64,000 bases of DNA from NCBI GenBank assembly GCA_943354505.1, contig CALRCE010000003.1, positions 7,255 through 71,254 on the forward strand. The letters are read 5' to 3'. Made by a program: the position numbers and the translations under genes. Shown here one piece after another: positions 1-9,067 of this stretch; within the stretch, counting starts at the first letter, position 1; every line of letters starts with the position of its first letter. This DNA is from Candidatus Peribacteria bacterium. GTDB taxonomy: Bacteria; Patescibacteriota; Gracilibacteria; UBA1369; 2-02-FULL-48-14. The notes under the pieces were generated by a model. The model worked only from the letters and a program-made list of their open reading frames with translations, did not search any database and was not told where the DNA came from.

Positions 1-1489
1 CCGTACTAACAGCCGCAGATTGGATCACTCCTGTGTGCAGGCCCTCAGTGAGGGTGTCAGCCACAGCAGATACCGTTACTGTTTGAGAAGTAGACCAGTC
101 ACTAGTACTGAAACTCAAAACGCTCGGTGAGACGGTGATTTGCGCGTCGGGAGTTAAAGTGATGTCCACTCCCGAAGTAGGAGCAGAGTCCAAAACCACT
201 GTATAACTATCAGTGTCCTCACTGCCTTCTGTCACAAAAGTAGTACCCGACTCGACAATAGAGACGCCTGCTCTGAGTTCACTCACGAGATCTTTCCCAA
301 AATCCTGGGTTGAAGCAGAAAAAAGAACATCATAGGCTGCTTTCTTGTATTCCAAAATTTCTTCCGCATAGGCTTTCGCCACATCGTAGTAGTAAAGTCC
401 TCCTTTTACTTCTGCATCGTAAGAGGCATCAGAGGCATGCGCTGCATCATATCCGTCTGAACCTGCATACAAAGTCCCTATATAGTCAGTTAGATCTGCA
501 AGTTCATCGTAACTCGATTCATAAGTCTGTAGTGCAGCATATGTGGTGCCCATATCTGTATAGTCATCAACCGCATCATTATATCCGTTCAAAATTTCTT
601 CACAGGCGGAGTACCCTTCTGAGTTGCCATCACTAGTACCACCTCCAGAAACATAGTCGGGGTAATCAGCCACCGCCGTACAATACTCCTCGTTCTCCGC
701 CTTACTATCCTTATAATTTTCAGCCATACAGCTGTTGTACTCTGAAAAGGCATCAGAACAATATTTTTTCTTACCAGCAGATTCCTCATAGTAATAGTAA
801 CCCTTCGTCCAAGATTCTTCATGCACACCATCCAGTTCACCACTACCATCGTCATCGTATTCGCCGTCCCAAGTACCAGTATACGTCCCTTCGTACAAAT
901 CCCAATATTTTTCTGCATTTGATTTATTACTCTCATAATCACTCATGAAAGCATCGTAACGTGCACTTAAGGTTTGCGTCGGAACATTGTATCCTGCATC
1001 AAAAAGCAAGTCTTCCTCCGCAGTCTGAATGTCAGCCATCGCGGCCGCAACATCCTGGCTCATCTCCACCAACTGAACGTTGTATTCGTGAATATAGGAA
1101 TACCCTTGAATGATCTGATCGTAGTAGTCAGCCAAGTAATCAAAGGCGGCCTCCATGCTCTCAAGGTCATCTTCATATGCGTAGATCCCAAAATCATCAT
1201 ACCTGTCTTTTGCATAGCCATAATACACGTCCGCATAATCACTCCATTTTTGAATCTCAGTGTAGAGCTCATCAGCTTTTTCCTCGCTGTATTCCTCTAA
1301 ATCTTCCACATCCACATCGACAAACTCCACTTCTTCATTCGCACCAATATCTACCGTTTCTTTCGCGCTTTCTATTCCCCATTTACCCTGAAGCAGGCCA
1401 GTCTGCGAAAACCCAAAAGCCACTCCTCCCACAATGAGGACACCCAGTAAAAGGGTAAGGTATTTTTTTGTGTTTGTTGCACCCATCAT
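1..1489 (-). CDS. Partial CDS (first 496 codons; continues beyond the window start). Membrane-anchored or secreted Tyr/Asp-rich surface protein that enters an Ig/Calx-beta-like repeat.
   Basis: Absent from the ORF track because it runs off the edge. The reverse frame is open from ATGATG (1489..1484) to nt 1. N-terminus MMGATNTKKYLTLLLGVLIVGGVAFGF is a signal or anchor. The middle is very Y/D/E-rich. The distal part reads SYTVVLDSAPTSGVDITLTPDAQITVSPSVLSFSTSDWSTSQTVTVSAVADTLTEG. Confidence 0.6.
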   Translation of the reverse strand, partial: MMGATNTKKYLTLLLGVLIVGGVAFGFSQTGLLQGKWGIESAKETVDIGANEEVEFVDVDVEDLEEYSEEKADELYTEIQKWSDYADVYYGYAKDRYDDFGIYAYEDDLESMEAAFDYLADYYDQIIQGYSYIHEYNVQLVEMSQDVAAAMADIQTAEEDLLFDAGYNVPTQTLSARYDAFMSDYESNKSNAEKYWDLYEGTYTGTWDGEYDDDGSGELDGVHEESWTKGYYYYEESAGKKKYCSDAFSEYNSCMAENYKDSKAENEEYCTAVADYPDYVSGGGTSDGNSEGYSACEEILNGYNDAVDDYTDMGTTYAALQTYESSYDELADLTDYIGTLYAGSDGYDAAHASDASYDAEVKGGLYYYDVAKAYAEEILEYKKAAYDVLFSASTQDFGKDLVSELRAGVSIVESGTTFVTEGSEDTDSYTVVLDSAPTSGVDITLTPDAQITVSPSVLSFSTSDWSTSQTVTVSAVADTLTEGLHTGVIQSAAVST

Positions 1490-1508
1490 AGGCCGATTAA
1501 ATCGTATA

Positions 1509-1537
1509 ATTGTACACTAAAAGCTGCGTCTTGGCAA
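1509..1537 (-). promoter_or_regulatory. Sigma70-like promoter for the 1..1489 gene
   Basis: On the minus strand: TTGCCA (1537..1532), 17-nt spacer, TACAAT (1514..1509), about 19 nt before the ATG. Confidence 0.45.
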
Positions 1538-1563
1538 GCTCGGCCCGCCCAACCCTATTTCCT

Positions 1564-2271
1564 CTAAAAGAGCTTGCTCAAGAGGCTTATCGCCCTTCCT
1601 TGCTCAATGAAAAAAGGACTGGTCGCCACCGTGATGAGTGAGGTCGTGGGCAGATGAGCGGCGAGAAAGCGGCGTGCCAGCTCAAAATCGATGTAATCAA
1701 GTTCCGGAGCAAAGAAGTCCAAATCAATGTTGAGAATTTTATTTCCACGCGAGGCAAAGCTCAAATCCTTCAGTGCCTCTTCGCTGGTCACGAATTGGGT
1801 GTCCCTCGCCAGGCCGGCCTTTTGAGCGGGCACAATGTAGTTTCCCACATTCAAATGAAAGTTGGTGTAATCGAAAACGTCTTCCAGAGACTTGCCTTCA
1901 TAAAGCCGCTCGGGAACGCGCATGTCCTTGTGCTGGTCGATGTGAATCAAAGTCGCCCCCTCCTTCAAAAGACCTCGCTCCAAGGCTTCAAACCAAAAGT
2001 AAAAGACGTGGTTGTGGTTGTCCACCACAACAGCAGGCACATCACCCAAAGTCGTCCGCACCAAGTGAGCCAAACCTGGACAAGATTGCAGTTTTTCATA
2101 CTCGTCAAAATCTTCAAACACAACTTCGCTACCAGGCTTCACTTCCTCCAAAGTCCCCTCCACCAAAGATGGCACCCAAAGCTTCGGCGCTGCACCGCGC
2201 CGTTCAAAAGAAAGCGCATTATTCCCAACGAGGCCTTCGATCCAAAACGGCTGAGAATAATCCTTGGACAT
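1564..2271 (-). CDS. UPF0489-family protein (arginase/deacetylase-like fold)
   Basis: 235-aa ORF. Motifs VVVDNHNHVFYFW, IHIDQHKDM, NVGNYI and LNIDLDFF resemble the UPF0489 (C5orf22-like) family. Confidence 0.5.
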   Translation of the reverse strand: MSKDYSQPFWIEGLVGNNALSFERRGAAPKLWVPSLVEGTLEEVKPGSEVVFEDFDEYEKLQSCPGLAHLVRTTLGDVPAVVVDNHNHVFYFWFEALERGLLKEGATLIHIDQHKDMRVPERLYEGKSLEDVFDYTNFHLNVGNYIVPAQKAGLARDTQFVTSEEALKDLSFASRGNKILNIDLDFFAPELDYIDFELARRFLAAHLPTTSLITVATSPFFIEQGRAISLLSKLF

Positions 2272-2672
2272 TAAAACTGAGGTTTAGACCGATTCTGCTT
2301 CACATCCGATCGATGGGCTTTGGCTTGCAACATTTTCTCTTTGGATTTTCGATTTCGTCGCATTTTTTGCTTGCGGAGTTTAAACGCCTTTTGCGCCCGT
2401 GCCGAAGCTTTTCCAAGTTTCTTGTCCTCCATTTTCCCGATGAGCAGTTTGTAGGCCCGGAGTCGATTGAGTTCGCGTTCTCGAAATTCTTGGCACTTCA
2501 CGTCCAAGCCGCTGGGCAAATGTTTAAGCCACACACAACTGCTGGTCTTATTCATTTTCTGGCCACCCGAGCCACTCCCTCGGACAAACTTCTCTTCAAT
2601 GTCTTCAGCAAAGACCTTCAAATTGGCTGCCTTTTGAAGCCACTCTTCCGGAAGTTCAACGGGGAAATCCAT
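2271..2672 (-). CDS. ArfB/ICT1-like GGQ peptidyl-tRNA hydrolase (class-I release factor domain)
   Basis: 133 aa. GGQ motif in RGSGSGGQKMNKTSSCV, plus a long basic C-terminal tail (KLRKQKMRRNRKSKEK). Confidence 0.7.
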   Translation of the reverse strand: MDFPVELPEEWLQKAANLKVFAEDIEEKFVRGSGSGGQKMNKTSSCVWLKHLPSGLDVKCQEFRERELNRLRAYKLLIGKMEDKKLGKASARAQKAFKLRKQKMRRNRKSKEKMLQAKAHRSDVKQNRSKPQF

Positions 2673-2677
2673 AACAG

Positions 2678-5041
2678 TCAGTAGCCTTTATTCTCTATGA
2701 TTTTCTCCAAAAGTTCCAGAGGATACATGGGTTTGGCTTCGGCCAGCCCTTGATGAAACAAAACCGTGGAAGGAGTGAGCGCCGGCAGAGTATTCACCTC
2801 AATGAGAATGAGATCTCCCGTATCGATTTGGATGAACGCATCCAAACGACTGTAGCCTTCAATACCCAGCACTTCACCGACTCGCTCAATCGATTTCTTC
2901 ACTCGAGCAAGCACCTTCGGTTTCACATATTTTTCCGGCGGAGGAGTCATGTTCACACCGGTTCCACCCTGAAATTTTTCTTCCACGGACAACACCTCTC
3001 CTTCTGCAACTGTCAAACTAGGACTGAGCGCGTGCAGCTTTTTCCCATCCTGCAAAACACCCACGGTCACTTCGACCCAGCCTTTTTTTCGTCGCCACTT
3101 GAGACGATTGCCTTTGACTCGCACGGTGTCCACTTCAATGAACTGTTCGAACAAAAGTTTGTCCATCGTGTGCAAGGGCATTTCGATGGGCGTCGTTTGC
3201 CCTCGAAAAGTTCCAGGTGGGATTTGGCTGGCATTGGTCAGAACCAACTCAATATAATTTTGCAAATCCTTGGATTCAAACAAGCGCACAATTCCCGAAG
3301 AGCATCCTTCGTCTTGGGGTTTCACAATGCAGGTGCGTGACTTCAGTTTTCTTTGAAGCTCCGCAAAGTAGCTTTCAAAATCTTTGGCCTTGAAGCCCTT
3401 GAATTCCAACGCTCCCGCCGTTTGTTTGGGCGCCACAAAGATGCCTTCTTTCTCGAGTCCGGCCAGTCGCCTCCCCGTCTCGGCCTTGTCCATGCACACC
3501 GCTGACGTTTCGGCCCCAGGCCCGTTGAACTTCACTCCTGCCTTGTCCAAAATCCGCTGCAAAGTACCATCTTCCCCAATTCCACCATGCAAGCCAATGA
3601 GCACAAAGTCGCTCTGCTTCACGAACTCATTGAGACTCATTTTTTTGGGAATGAAAAAGGTCTCCGTCAGATCATCCGGTTCCAAAGCCAAGCGCAATTT
3701 GACCTTTTCTTCCAAAAACTTGAGGCGTTTTTCACCTTCCTCTGCATGCTCACAATTTTCCAAAATTTCTTCCGCCGTGTGGTTGAGGGTCAGCGCATAA
3801 GGCACCTGCCAAACTCCTCCATTCAAGTCCAAAAAATAAGGTTTTGCCTCGTATTTTTCACTGCGCCTGAGTTTGAGCCACGCATTGGTGCCACTCATCA
3901 CAGAAACTTGCCGCTCCGACGTCGCTCCTCCAAACAGCACATTCACCGGCTTTCGCTTTTTAAGCGAGGGCTCTTTTTTAGGAGGCATTTTTATGCCGTA
4001 GCGGGTCGCCGCGTGCTTCACAACATAGTACAAAAGGTCACGGTGACTGAAGCCAATACGCGAAGTCTGCTGGAACAAAAAGCTGTTTTGCTCCATCCCA
4101 CTGATGGGATTGAAATCCGAAAACCAGATCTTTCCGTCCGGCATCAACCACCCATCGAAGCGCGCAAAGTCGCGCATCCCCATGATTTTGAAGAGCTGCT
4201 CCGCTTGGACTTGAATCCGCTCAATATCCTCGTTGCTAAAACGCGGTGGACAATGGTAACGCACTTGCCGAGTGGGCAAGTATTTTTTGCGGAAATCAAA
4301 AATTTGATTCTTCTCGTAATCCGTTTCAATTTCGGTCGGCAAAATCGCCACCGGCATGTCGAAACGATTCTGCAAGACGATCACCGTGAACTCGATACCA
4401 GTGCAAAAAGGTTCCAACACAACTCGCGTGTCCATTCGACGTCCAAAGAGCAGCTTCGCTTTTTCAAGGGCCTCAGCCGGAGTGGTCACCGAATGGACCC
4501 CGATGCTAGACCCCCCGCTCGCGGGCTTCACCACCGCTCGAGTCACTTTGTTTTCTTTAAAAAAAGCATCGATGATTTTCTTGTGATCGGTTTGATGAAT
4601 CTTCAAAACGGCGCTCGGAGGGGCATAAAACCCATTGGCTCGCACAAACTCGTTGGCCACGTGCTTATCCCAACGCTTGCAAGCCTCGATATCCGCGCCC
4701 ACATAGGGCACTTTGAAGCGTTCCAGAAGTCGCTGAATTCCTCCGTCTTCCCCAAACTGACCATGCATCACCGGAAAGGCCAGATCACAACTTTTCAAGA
4801 GCGTCTTGAGCCCCGTTTGGCTCAGAGCCTTTGCCGTTTCTCGCAACTTGAAGTCAAAATCCGACGGCGTATTCGAATACAGTTGCGAAGTTTGCAGATG
4901 ATAAGCTCGTTTTTTATGGTCAAAGTAGACAGGCACAATTTCAATCCCATCCCCTTCCAAGTGATTCAAAACACTGCGTGCCGAGTTGAGCGAGATGCCT
5001 CGTTCGAGCGAAGGCCCCCCACAAATGAGTGCAATTTTCAT
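2678..5041 (-). CDS. ddl: Tandem D-alanine--D-alanine ligase-like fusion (two complete Ddl/ATP-grasp modules)
   Basis: 787 aa. Module 1 starts MKIALICGGPSLERGISLNSARSV. Module 2 starts VNVLFGGATSERQVSVMSGTNA at about residue 353. Both carry HG.FGEDG-type and ATP-grasp motifs. Module 2 ends with the canonical LIEVNTLPALTPSTV. Confidence 0.8.
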   Translation of the reverse strand: MKIALICGGPSLERGISLNSARSVLNHLEGDGIEIVPVYFDHKKRAYHLQTSQLYSNTPSDFDFKLRETAKALSQTGLKTLLKSCDLAFPVMHGQFGEDGGIQRLLERFKVPYVGADIEACKRWDKHVANEFVRANGFYAPPSAVLKIHQTDHKKIIDAFFKENKVTRAVVKPASGGSSIGVHSVTTPAEALEKAKLLFGRRMDTRVVLEPFCTGIEFTVIVLQNRFDMPVAILPTEIETDYEKNQIFDFRKKYLPTRQVRYHCPPRFSNEDIERIQVQAEQLFKIMGMRDFARFDGWLMPDGKIWFSDFNPISGMEQNSFLFQQTSRIGFSHRDLLYYVVKHAATRYGIKMPPKKEPSLKKRKPVNVLFGGATSERQVSVMSGTNAWLKLRRSEKYEAKPYFLDLNGGVWQVPYALTLNHTAEEILENCEHAEEGEKRLKFLEEKVKLRLALEPDDLTETFFIPKKMSLNEFVKQSDFVLIGLHGGIGEDGTLQRILDKAGVKFNGPGAETSAVCMDKAETGRRLAGLEKEGIFVAPKQTAGALEFKGFKAKDFESYFAELQRKLKSRTCIVKPQDEGCSSGIVRLFESKDLQNYIELVLTNASQIPPGTFRGQTTPIEMPLHTMDKLLFEQFIEVDTVRVKGNRLKWRRKKGWVEVTVGVLQDGKKLHALSPSLTVAEGEVLSVEEKFQGGTGVNMTPPPEKYVKPKVLARVKKSIERVGEVLGIEGYSRLDAFIQIDTGDLILIEVNTLPALTPSTVLFHQGLAEAKPMYPLELLEKIIENKGY

Positions 5042-5060
5042 AGTTTTTACGGAAAAATTA
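5041..5060. repeat. Palindromic motif copy 1 (TAGTTTTTACGGAAAAATTA)
   Basis: The core TTTTT(A/G)CGGAAAAATT recurs at 5117-5136. This copy lies in the predicted 5' UTR of ddl. Confidence 0.4.
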
Positions 5061-5065
5061 ACTGG

Positions 5066-5094
5066 AGTTTACAGGTAAAAATACGGGGAAGCAA
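5066..5094 (-). promoter_or_regulatory. Sigma70-like promoter for the ddl operon
   Basis: Minus strand: TTGCTT (5094..5089), 17 nt, TAAACT (5071..5066). Confidence 0.4.
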
Positions 5095-5116
5095 GTGAAT
5101 TAGACTTAGCATTATA

Positions 5117-5136
5117 AAATTTTTGCGGAAAAATTT
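5117..5136. repeat. Palindromic motif copy 2 (AAATTTTTGCGGAAAAATTT)
   Basis: 8-bp inverted arms AAATTTTT/AAAAATTT around GCGG. It is a direct repeat of the 5041-5060 core. Confidence 0.4.
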
Positions 5137-5164
5137 ACGGTTCAAGAGCTCCCCGCCACACCTC

Positions 5165-5193
5165 TTGAGCCCATCCACATCTTCCCCTATAGT
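5165..5193 (+). promoter_or_regulatory. Sigma70-like promoter for the ABC-F gene
   Basis: TTGAGC (5165-5170), 17 nt, TATAGT (5188-5193), 21 nt before the ATG at 5215. Confidence 0.45.
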
Positions 5194-5214
5194 GTCGGCT
5201 AATTAAAGCCGCTC

Positions 5215-6636
5215 ATGCTCGTCGCAAAAAACCTCGCTTACGAAACCTCTTCCGGACACCTCTTCGAAGGGCTGGACCTATCCCTCGACGGAGCCGCCAA
5301 AAAACGCGTGGCCATCGTCGGCAAAAATGGCTGTGGCAAATCGACACTCCTCAAGCTCCTGCTCGGCGAACTCGAGCCTAGCGATGGAACCGTGAGCCGC
5401 TCCCAAGAAGTGGTAGCTTGTCTGAGGCAAGACATTCAATTCCCCGATGAAACCGTAACCGTGGGGGGCTACCTTCTCAGCAAGTTGGAAGAAGAATGGA
5501 TGAGCTACCAGATCGACATCGCCTTCGAACAAGTGAGTCTCGGCGCAGACCTCCTCGATCAAACCCTAAAAAGTCTCAGTGGAGGCCAACGCGTCCGTGT
5601 GGCCATTGCAGAACTCCTACTCCAAGAGCCCACCATCCTGCTGCTCGACGAGCCAACCAACCATCTTGACGTCGCCAGCGTGGAGTGGCTGATCGGATTC
5701 ATTCAAGACTTCCGCGGAACCGTGGCCTTCGTGTCTCACGACCGAAGCTTCATCAACGCCACCGCCAATCAAATCTGGGAAATCAGCGCCGAACAAAACA
5801 TCGAAGTCTACACCGGCACCTATGAACAGTTCCTGGTCCAACGCTACGAACGCTATCAAAAACGTCTGCAAGACCACGAGTTCAGCCAACGCGAAGTCAC
5901 CGAACTAGAACAGTGGCTCGCCGAAAACGCCAACCACCCCAAGTACAAATTCACCGCGACCGTGGCGCAAAAAAAGAAGGCCCTCGAACGCATGGAAAAG
6001 AAAGCTCCTCCCGCCCCCGTTCCGGACCCTCGCGTCAAAATGAAGTCCGTGCTCACCGGCCAAGCTGGAACGGTACTCAACCTCAAACTCAACTCGAAAA
6101 TCTTTGGCGACACCGAGATCCTCAAAAATGTGCAGCTCAAAGTCGAACAAGGCGACCGCATTCTCATCGAAGGCGCCAACGGCTCAGGCAAAAGCACGCT
6201 GCTCAATATTTTAAGCGGGACGGACAAGGCCTTCGATGGTCAACTGACTCTGCGGAACGGAATCAAAATCGGCATGGTCGGACAATTTTCAAAACTCGAT
6301 CCCGAAAAGACCGTGCTCGAAGAATTCGGCAATAACACTCGCATCGAATACAGCAGCGGTCGCAGCGTGCTCGCCAACTTCCTCTTCCCCGCCGAGTTCG
6401 TGGACAGCAAAATCAAGACCCTCAGCTACGGGCAACAACGCCGCCTTGAATTCGCCATCCTCCTCACCAACAAGCCCGACCTGCTCCTGCTCGACGAACC
6501 CACCAACCACCTAGACATCTTCCTCCGCGAAGACCTCGAGCGCTTCCTCGGCGACCAAGAAATCGCCATGGTCATGATCTCTCACGACAAATACTTCGTG
6601 AGCAAAATCGGAATCACTAAAAAACTCTCCCTATGA
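5215..6636 (+). CDS. ABC-F type ATPase (two ABC cassettes, no TM domain)
   Basis: 473 aa. Walker A motifs GKNGCGKST and GANGSGKST. Signatures LSGGQRVR and LSYGQQRR. LLLDEPTNHLD occurs twice. Confidence 0.8.
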   Translation: MLVAKNLAYETSSGHLFEGLDLSLDGAAKKRVAIVGKNGCGKSTLLKLLLGELEPSDGTVSRSQEVVACLRQDIQFPDETVTVGGYLLSKLEEEWMSYQIDIAFEQVSLGADLLDQTLKSLSGGQRVRVAIAELLLQEPTILLLDEPTNHLDVASVEWLIGFIQDFRGTVAFVSHDRSFINATANQIWEISAEQNIEVYTGTYEQFLVQRYERYQKRLQDHEFSQREVTELEQWLAENANHPKYKFTATVAQKKKALERMEKKAPPAPVPDPRVKMKSVLTGQAGTVLNLKLNSKIFGDTEILKNVQLKVEQGDRILIEGANGSGKSTLLNILSGTDKAFDGQLTLRNGIKIGMVGQFSKLDPEKTVLEEFGNNTRIEYSSGRSVLANFLFPAEFVDSKIKTLSYGQQRRLEFAILLTNKPDLLLLDEPTNHLDIFLREDLERFLGDQEIAMVMISHDKYFVSKIGITKKLSL

Positions 6637-6675
6637 TGATCTTCGTATTCCTTGGCCTCATCATCCTCGTCGCCC

Positions 6676-6933
6676 TCATTTTTTCTCTCTCAAAGAAATG
6701 AGCGCCAGCTTCTCTCCCCGCGTCAACCGCTTGATCTCCGCCTCCCTTTTTCGTGCCGCACTCAAATCGGTACATTCCTCTTTATAAACCAGCTCCACCG
6801 GCCTCCGTGCCCGGGTGTACTTCGCTCCCGACTTCAAATGATTGTGCGCGTGCAAACGTCGGTCTAAATCCACCGCCGTACCCGTGTACAAACTGCCATC
6901 GGAGCACCGAAGCATGTAGACAAAGTGGGTCAT
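6676..6933 (-). CDS. GIY-YIG nuclease superfamily protein (UPF0213/YhbQ-like)
   Basis: Start trimmed to MTHFVYMLRCSDGSLYTGTAVDLDRRLHAHN. It makes an ATGA overlap with the upstream gene stop (6930-6933). Confidence 0.7.
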   Translation of the reverse strand: MTHFVYMLRCSDGSLYTGTAVDLDRRLHAHNHLKSGAKYTRARRPVELVYKEECTDLSAARKREAEIKRLTRGEKLALISLREKK

Positions 6934-7520
6934 GTTTTTGGGGCAAGACGAGGACCCACTCGAAACTGAATCAAGGCAAAGAACGTCAGGCACATCATCC
7001 CGGCATACAAGGGGAAGGAAAGGTGCGCAAAATCCAAGGCTTGAAGGGTCAGCAAGCCGAGCACATAGTTTATGAATCCCAGTAAAAAAGTCCAGGAACT
7101 TTCTGTCTCGGGAGACTTATAGGCCTTAACGATCGTTGGCACTCCCGCCAAGAAGTCCGCAAGGATCGCGAACATAAGGGCGAGATTGGGCCAATCCGTG
7201 ATTTGCCATAAAATATACCCCAAACCCGCGAGCGCTCCGCAGACCCAATCCAAAGCCCCCAATTTCCAGTAGGCTTTCTTATTGAAAAAAGCAGCAAGCA
7301 AAACGACGAAGGAGCAGAACGTCGCACTAAACGTGGGAAGCGCCTGCAAGCCCACACCTTGATCGAGCTGAGCAATTCCCGCAATCAAAGGAAAGATGCC
7401 CCACAGAAACCACGAAACCTTATTGGGCTTGGCCTGCCCACGAAGAACCGCAAGAAAGTAACTCAAACTTCCCAAGAAATTGAGGATGAATCCCACAATG
7501 ACAAACCGTTCATCGAGCAT
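6930..7520 (-). CDS. Integral membrane protein with internal duplication (PQ-loop-like)
   Basis: 196 aa, about 6-7 TM helices. Two related segments: FLAVLRGQAKPNKVSWFLW and IVKAYKSPETESSWTFLL. Confidence 0.45.
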   Translation of the reverse strand: MLDERFVIVGFILNFLGSLSYFLAVLRGQAKPNKVSWFLWGIFPLIAGIAQLDQGVGLQALPTFSATFCSFVVLLAAFFNKKAYWKLGALDWVCGALAGLGYILWQITDWPNLALMFAILADFLAGVPTIVKAYKSPETESSWTFLLGFINYVLGLLTLQALDFAHLSFPLYAGMMCLTFFALIQFRVGPRLAPKT

Positions 7521-7543
7521 AGCTTGAGTCTACCAGGCGCACT

Positions 7544-9010
7544 CTACCTGTCCAAATCCAAGGTCTGATCGATGCGCACTTGCCACACGAATTCGGGAAT
7601 ATGCGAAACCAAAATCATCGCACCTTCGTATTTGTCGAGCGCCGCCGCAATCACCGGCAAGTGTCTAAAGTTGATGTGGTTCGTGGGCTCGTCCAAAATA
7701 AGGAGTCCCGGTTCCATGAGGACCAAGCGCGCAAAAGACACCAAGCCTTTCTGCCCTTCCGAAAGTGTCCCGATTTTCGAGTTGATCCATTCCTTCGTGA
7801 TCAAAAATCCAGCTGCCACCATGCGCATCCGCTCTTCCGAAGGACGCTCCCCTTCCTTGGGCTGCATCACTTCCAAAAGGGATTGGCGAACCGTATGCTC
7901 AAAATTCAAAGTGGAAAAATCCTGGCGGTAGTAGCCCACTCGAACGCCGCGTCCAATCGTCGCGCCCTCCGACTTCCCCGACGCAATTTTCTCGAGCAAA
8001 GTGCTCTTCCCGATTCCGTTCGGACCACACAAAAGCAGGTGTTCTTTTTTGCGAAGCGTGATGTCCACTTTGCGCGTCGTAGCCTTGTGATTGCGAATGA
8101 TCGAAACTTCGCTGAGCTTCAAAATTTCGCCCGACAGCTCTTCTTGCACCGGAATGTCGAACTCACGAATCGTCTTGTCTTCGCGGCGCACCTCCACCAT
8201 GGCTTCTTCCATTTCTTCGGCCTTGTCTCGCATTTTTTTTGCAACCAAACGCAGTTTTCCTCCCTTGTGAGAGAACACGTTCGCCTGTTCTTTGTTCTTC
8301 AAAATCCCTTTCGCCATTTGCGCGTTCTTCATGTTCTCACGCTCACGTCGCGCCTCAATCGCCGCCACCGCGTCGTAGTAATTCCCGACGTATTGCTCCA
8401 CTTTTTTAGTGAACACGTCGAGGTACAAAACCCCTTGGGTGAAGGCATTTAGAAAATCGGCGTCGTGCGAAATCACGATCACCGTTTTGGGATAGTTGAT
8501 CAAAAATTCCGTGAGATGCTCAATCCCAGCCGGATCCAAATTGTTCGTGGGCTCATCCAGCAGCAAAAGATCGGGGTCTTGAATCAGCGCCGACGCGAGC
8601 AAAAGCCTTGCCTGCTGGCCACCCGAAAAAGATTTGACGAGCCGATCGTGGGGCGCCTTCAAATTCACAATCGCCAAAACCTCATCGATGCGTCGCCCAA
8701 TGTCGTATTGTTTTTCTTTGAATCGTTTTTGGAAAAACGCTTCCACCGTGAGTTCGCGCTCCTCGTGCGGCATCACTTGGTGAGAAGTCGCAATGCTGAG
8801 CTTCGGGATCGTATTCACCACTCCAGATTTGGGCTTCAGTCCCCGGTTGATGAGTTTAAAAATCGTACTTTTCCCCGCTCCATTTTGCCCCATAAAAGTG
8901 ATCTTCGTGGCTTCGCGCACATTAAAATCCACTCCATCCAAAAGCGGACGGTTGTGCTCGTACTCAAACGAGACGGCGTCAAAACTGAGAATGGTTTCTG
9001 AATGGGACAT
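7544..9010 (-). CDS. ABC-F type ATPase (second paralog)
   Basis: Start trimmed to MSHSETILSF (ATG at 9010) because the upstream 40 codons overlap the tmRNA. Motifs: GQNGAGKST, GPNGIGKST, LSGGQQAR, LSEGQKG. Confidence 0.8.
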   Translation of the reverse strand: MSHSETILSFDAVSFEYEHNRPLLDGVDFNVREATKITFMGQNGAGKSTIFKLINRGLKPKSGVVNTIPKLSIATSHQVMPHEERELTVEAFFQKRFKEKQYDIGRRIDEVLAIVNLKAPHDRLVKSFSGGQQARLLLASALIQDPDLLLLDEPTNNLDPAGIEHLTEFLINYPKTVIVISHDADFLNAFTQGVLYLDVFTKKVEQYVGNYYDAVAAIEARRERENMKNAQMAKGILKNKEQANVFSHKGGKLRLVAKKMRDKAEEMEEAMVEVRREDKTIREFDIPVQEELSGEILKLSEVSIIRNHKATTRKVDITLRKKEHLLLCGPNGIGKSTLLEKIASGKSEGATIGRGVRVGYYRQDFSTLNFEHTVRQSLLEVMQPKEGERPSEERMRMVAAGFLITKEWINSKIGTLSEGQKGLVSFARLVLMEPGLLILDEPTNHINFRHLPVIAAALDKYEGAMILVSHIPEFVWQVRIDQTLDLDR

Positions 9011-9067
9011 GGGGAACTTATACAGCAAAAGAACAGGATTGGCTAGCCTGTTCAGCTCTAGCAAATT

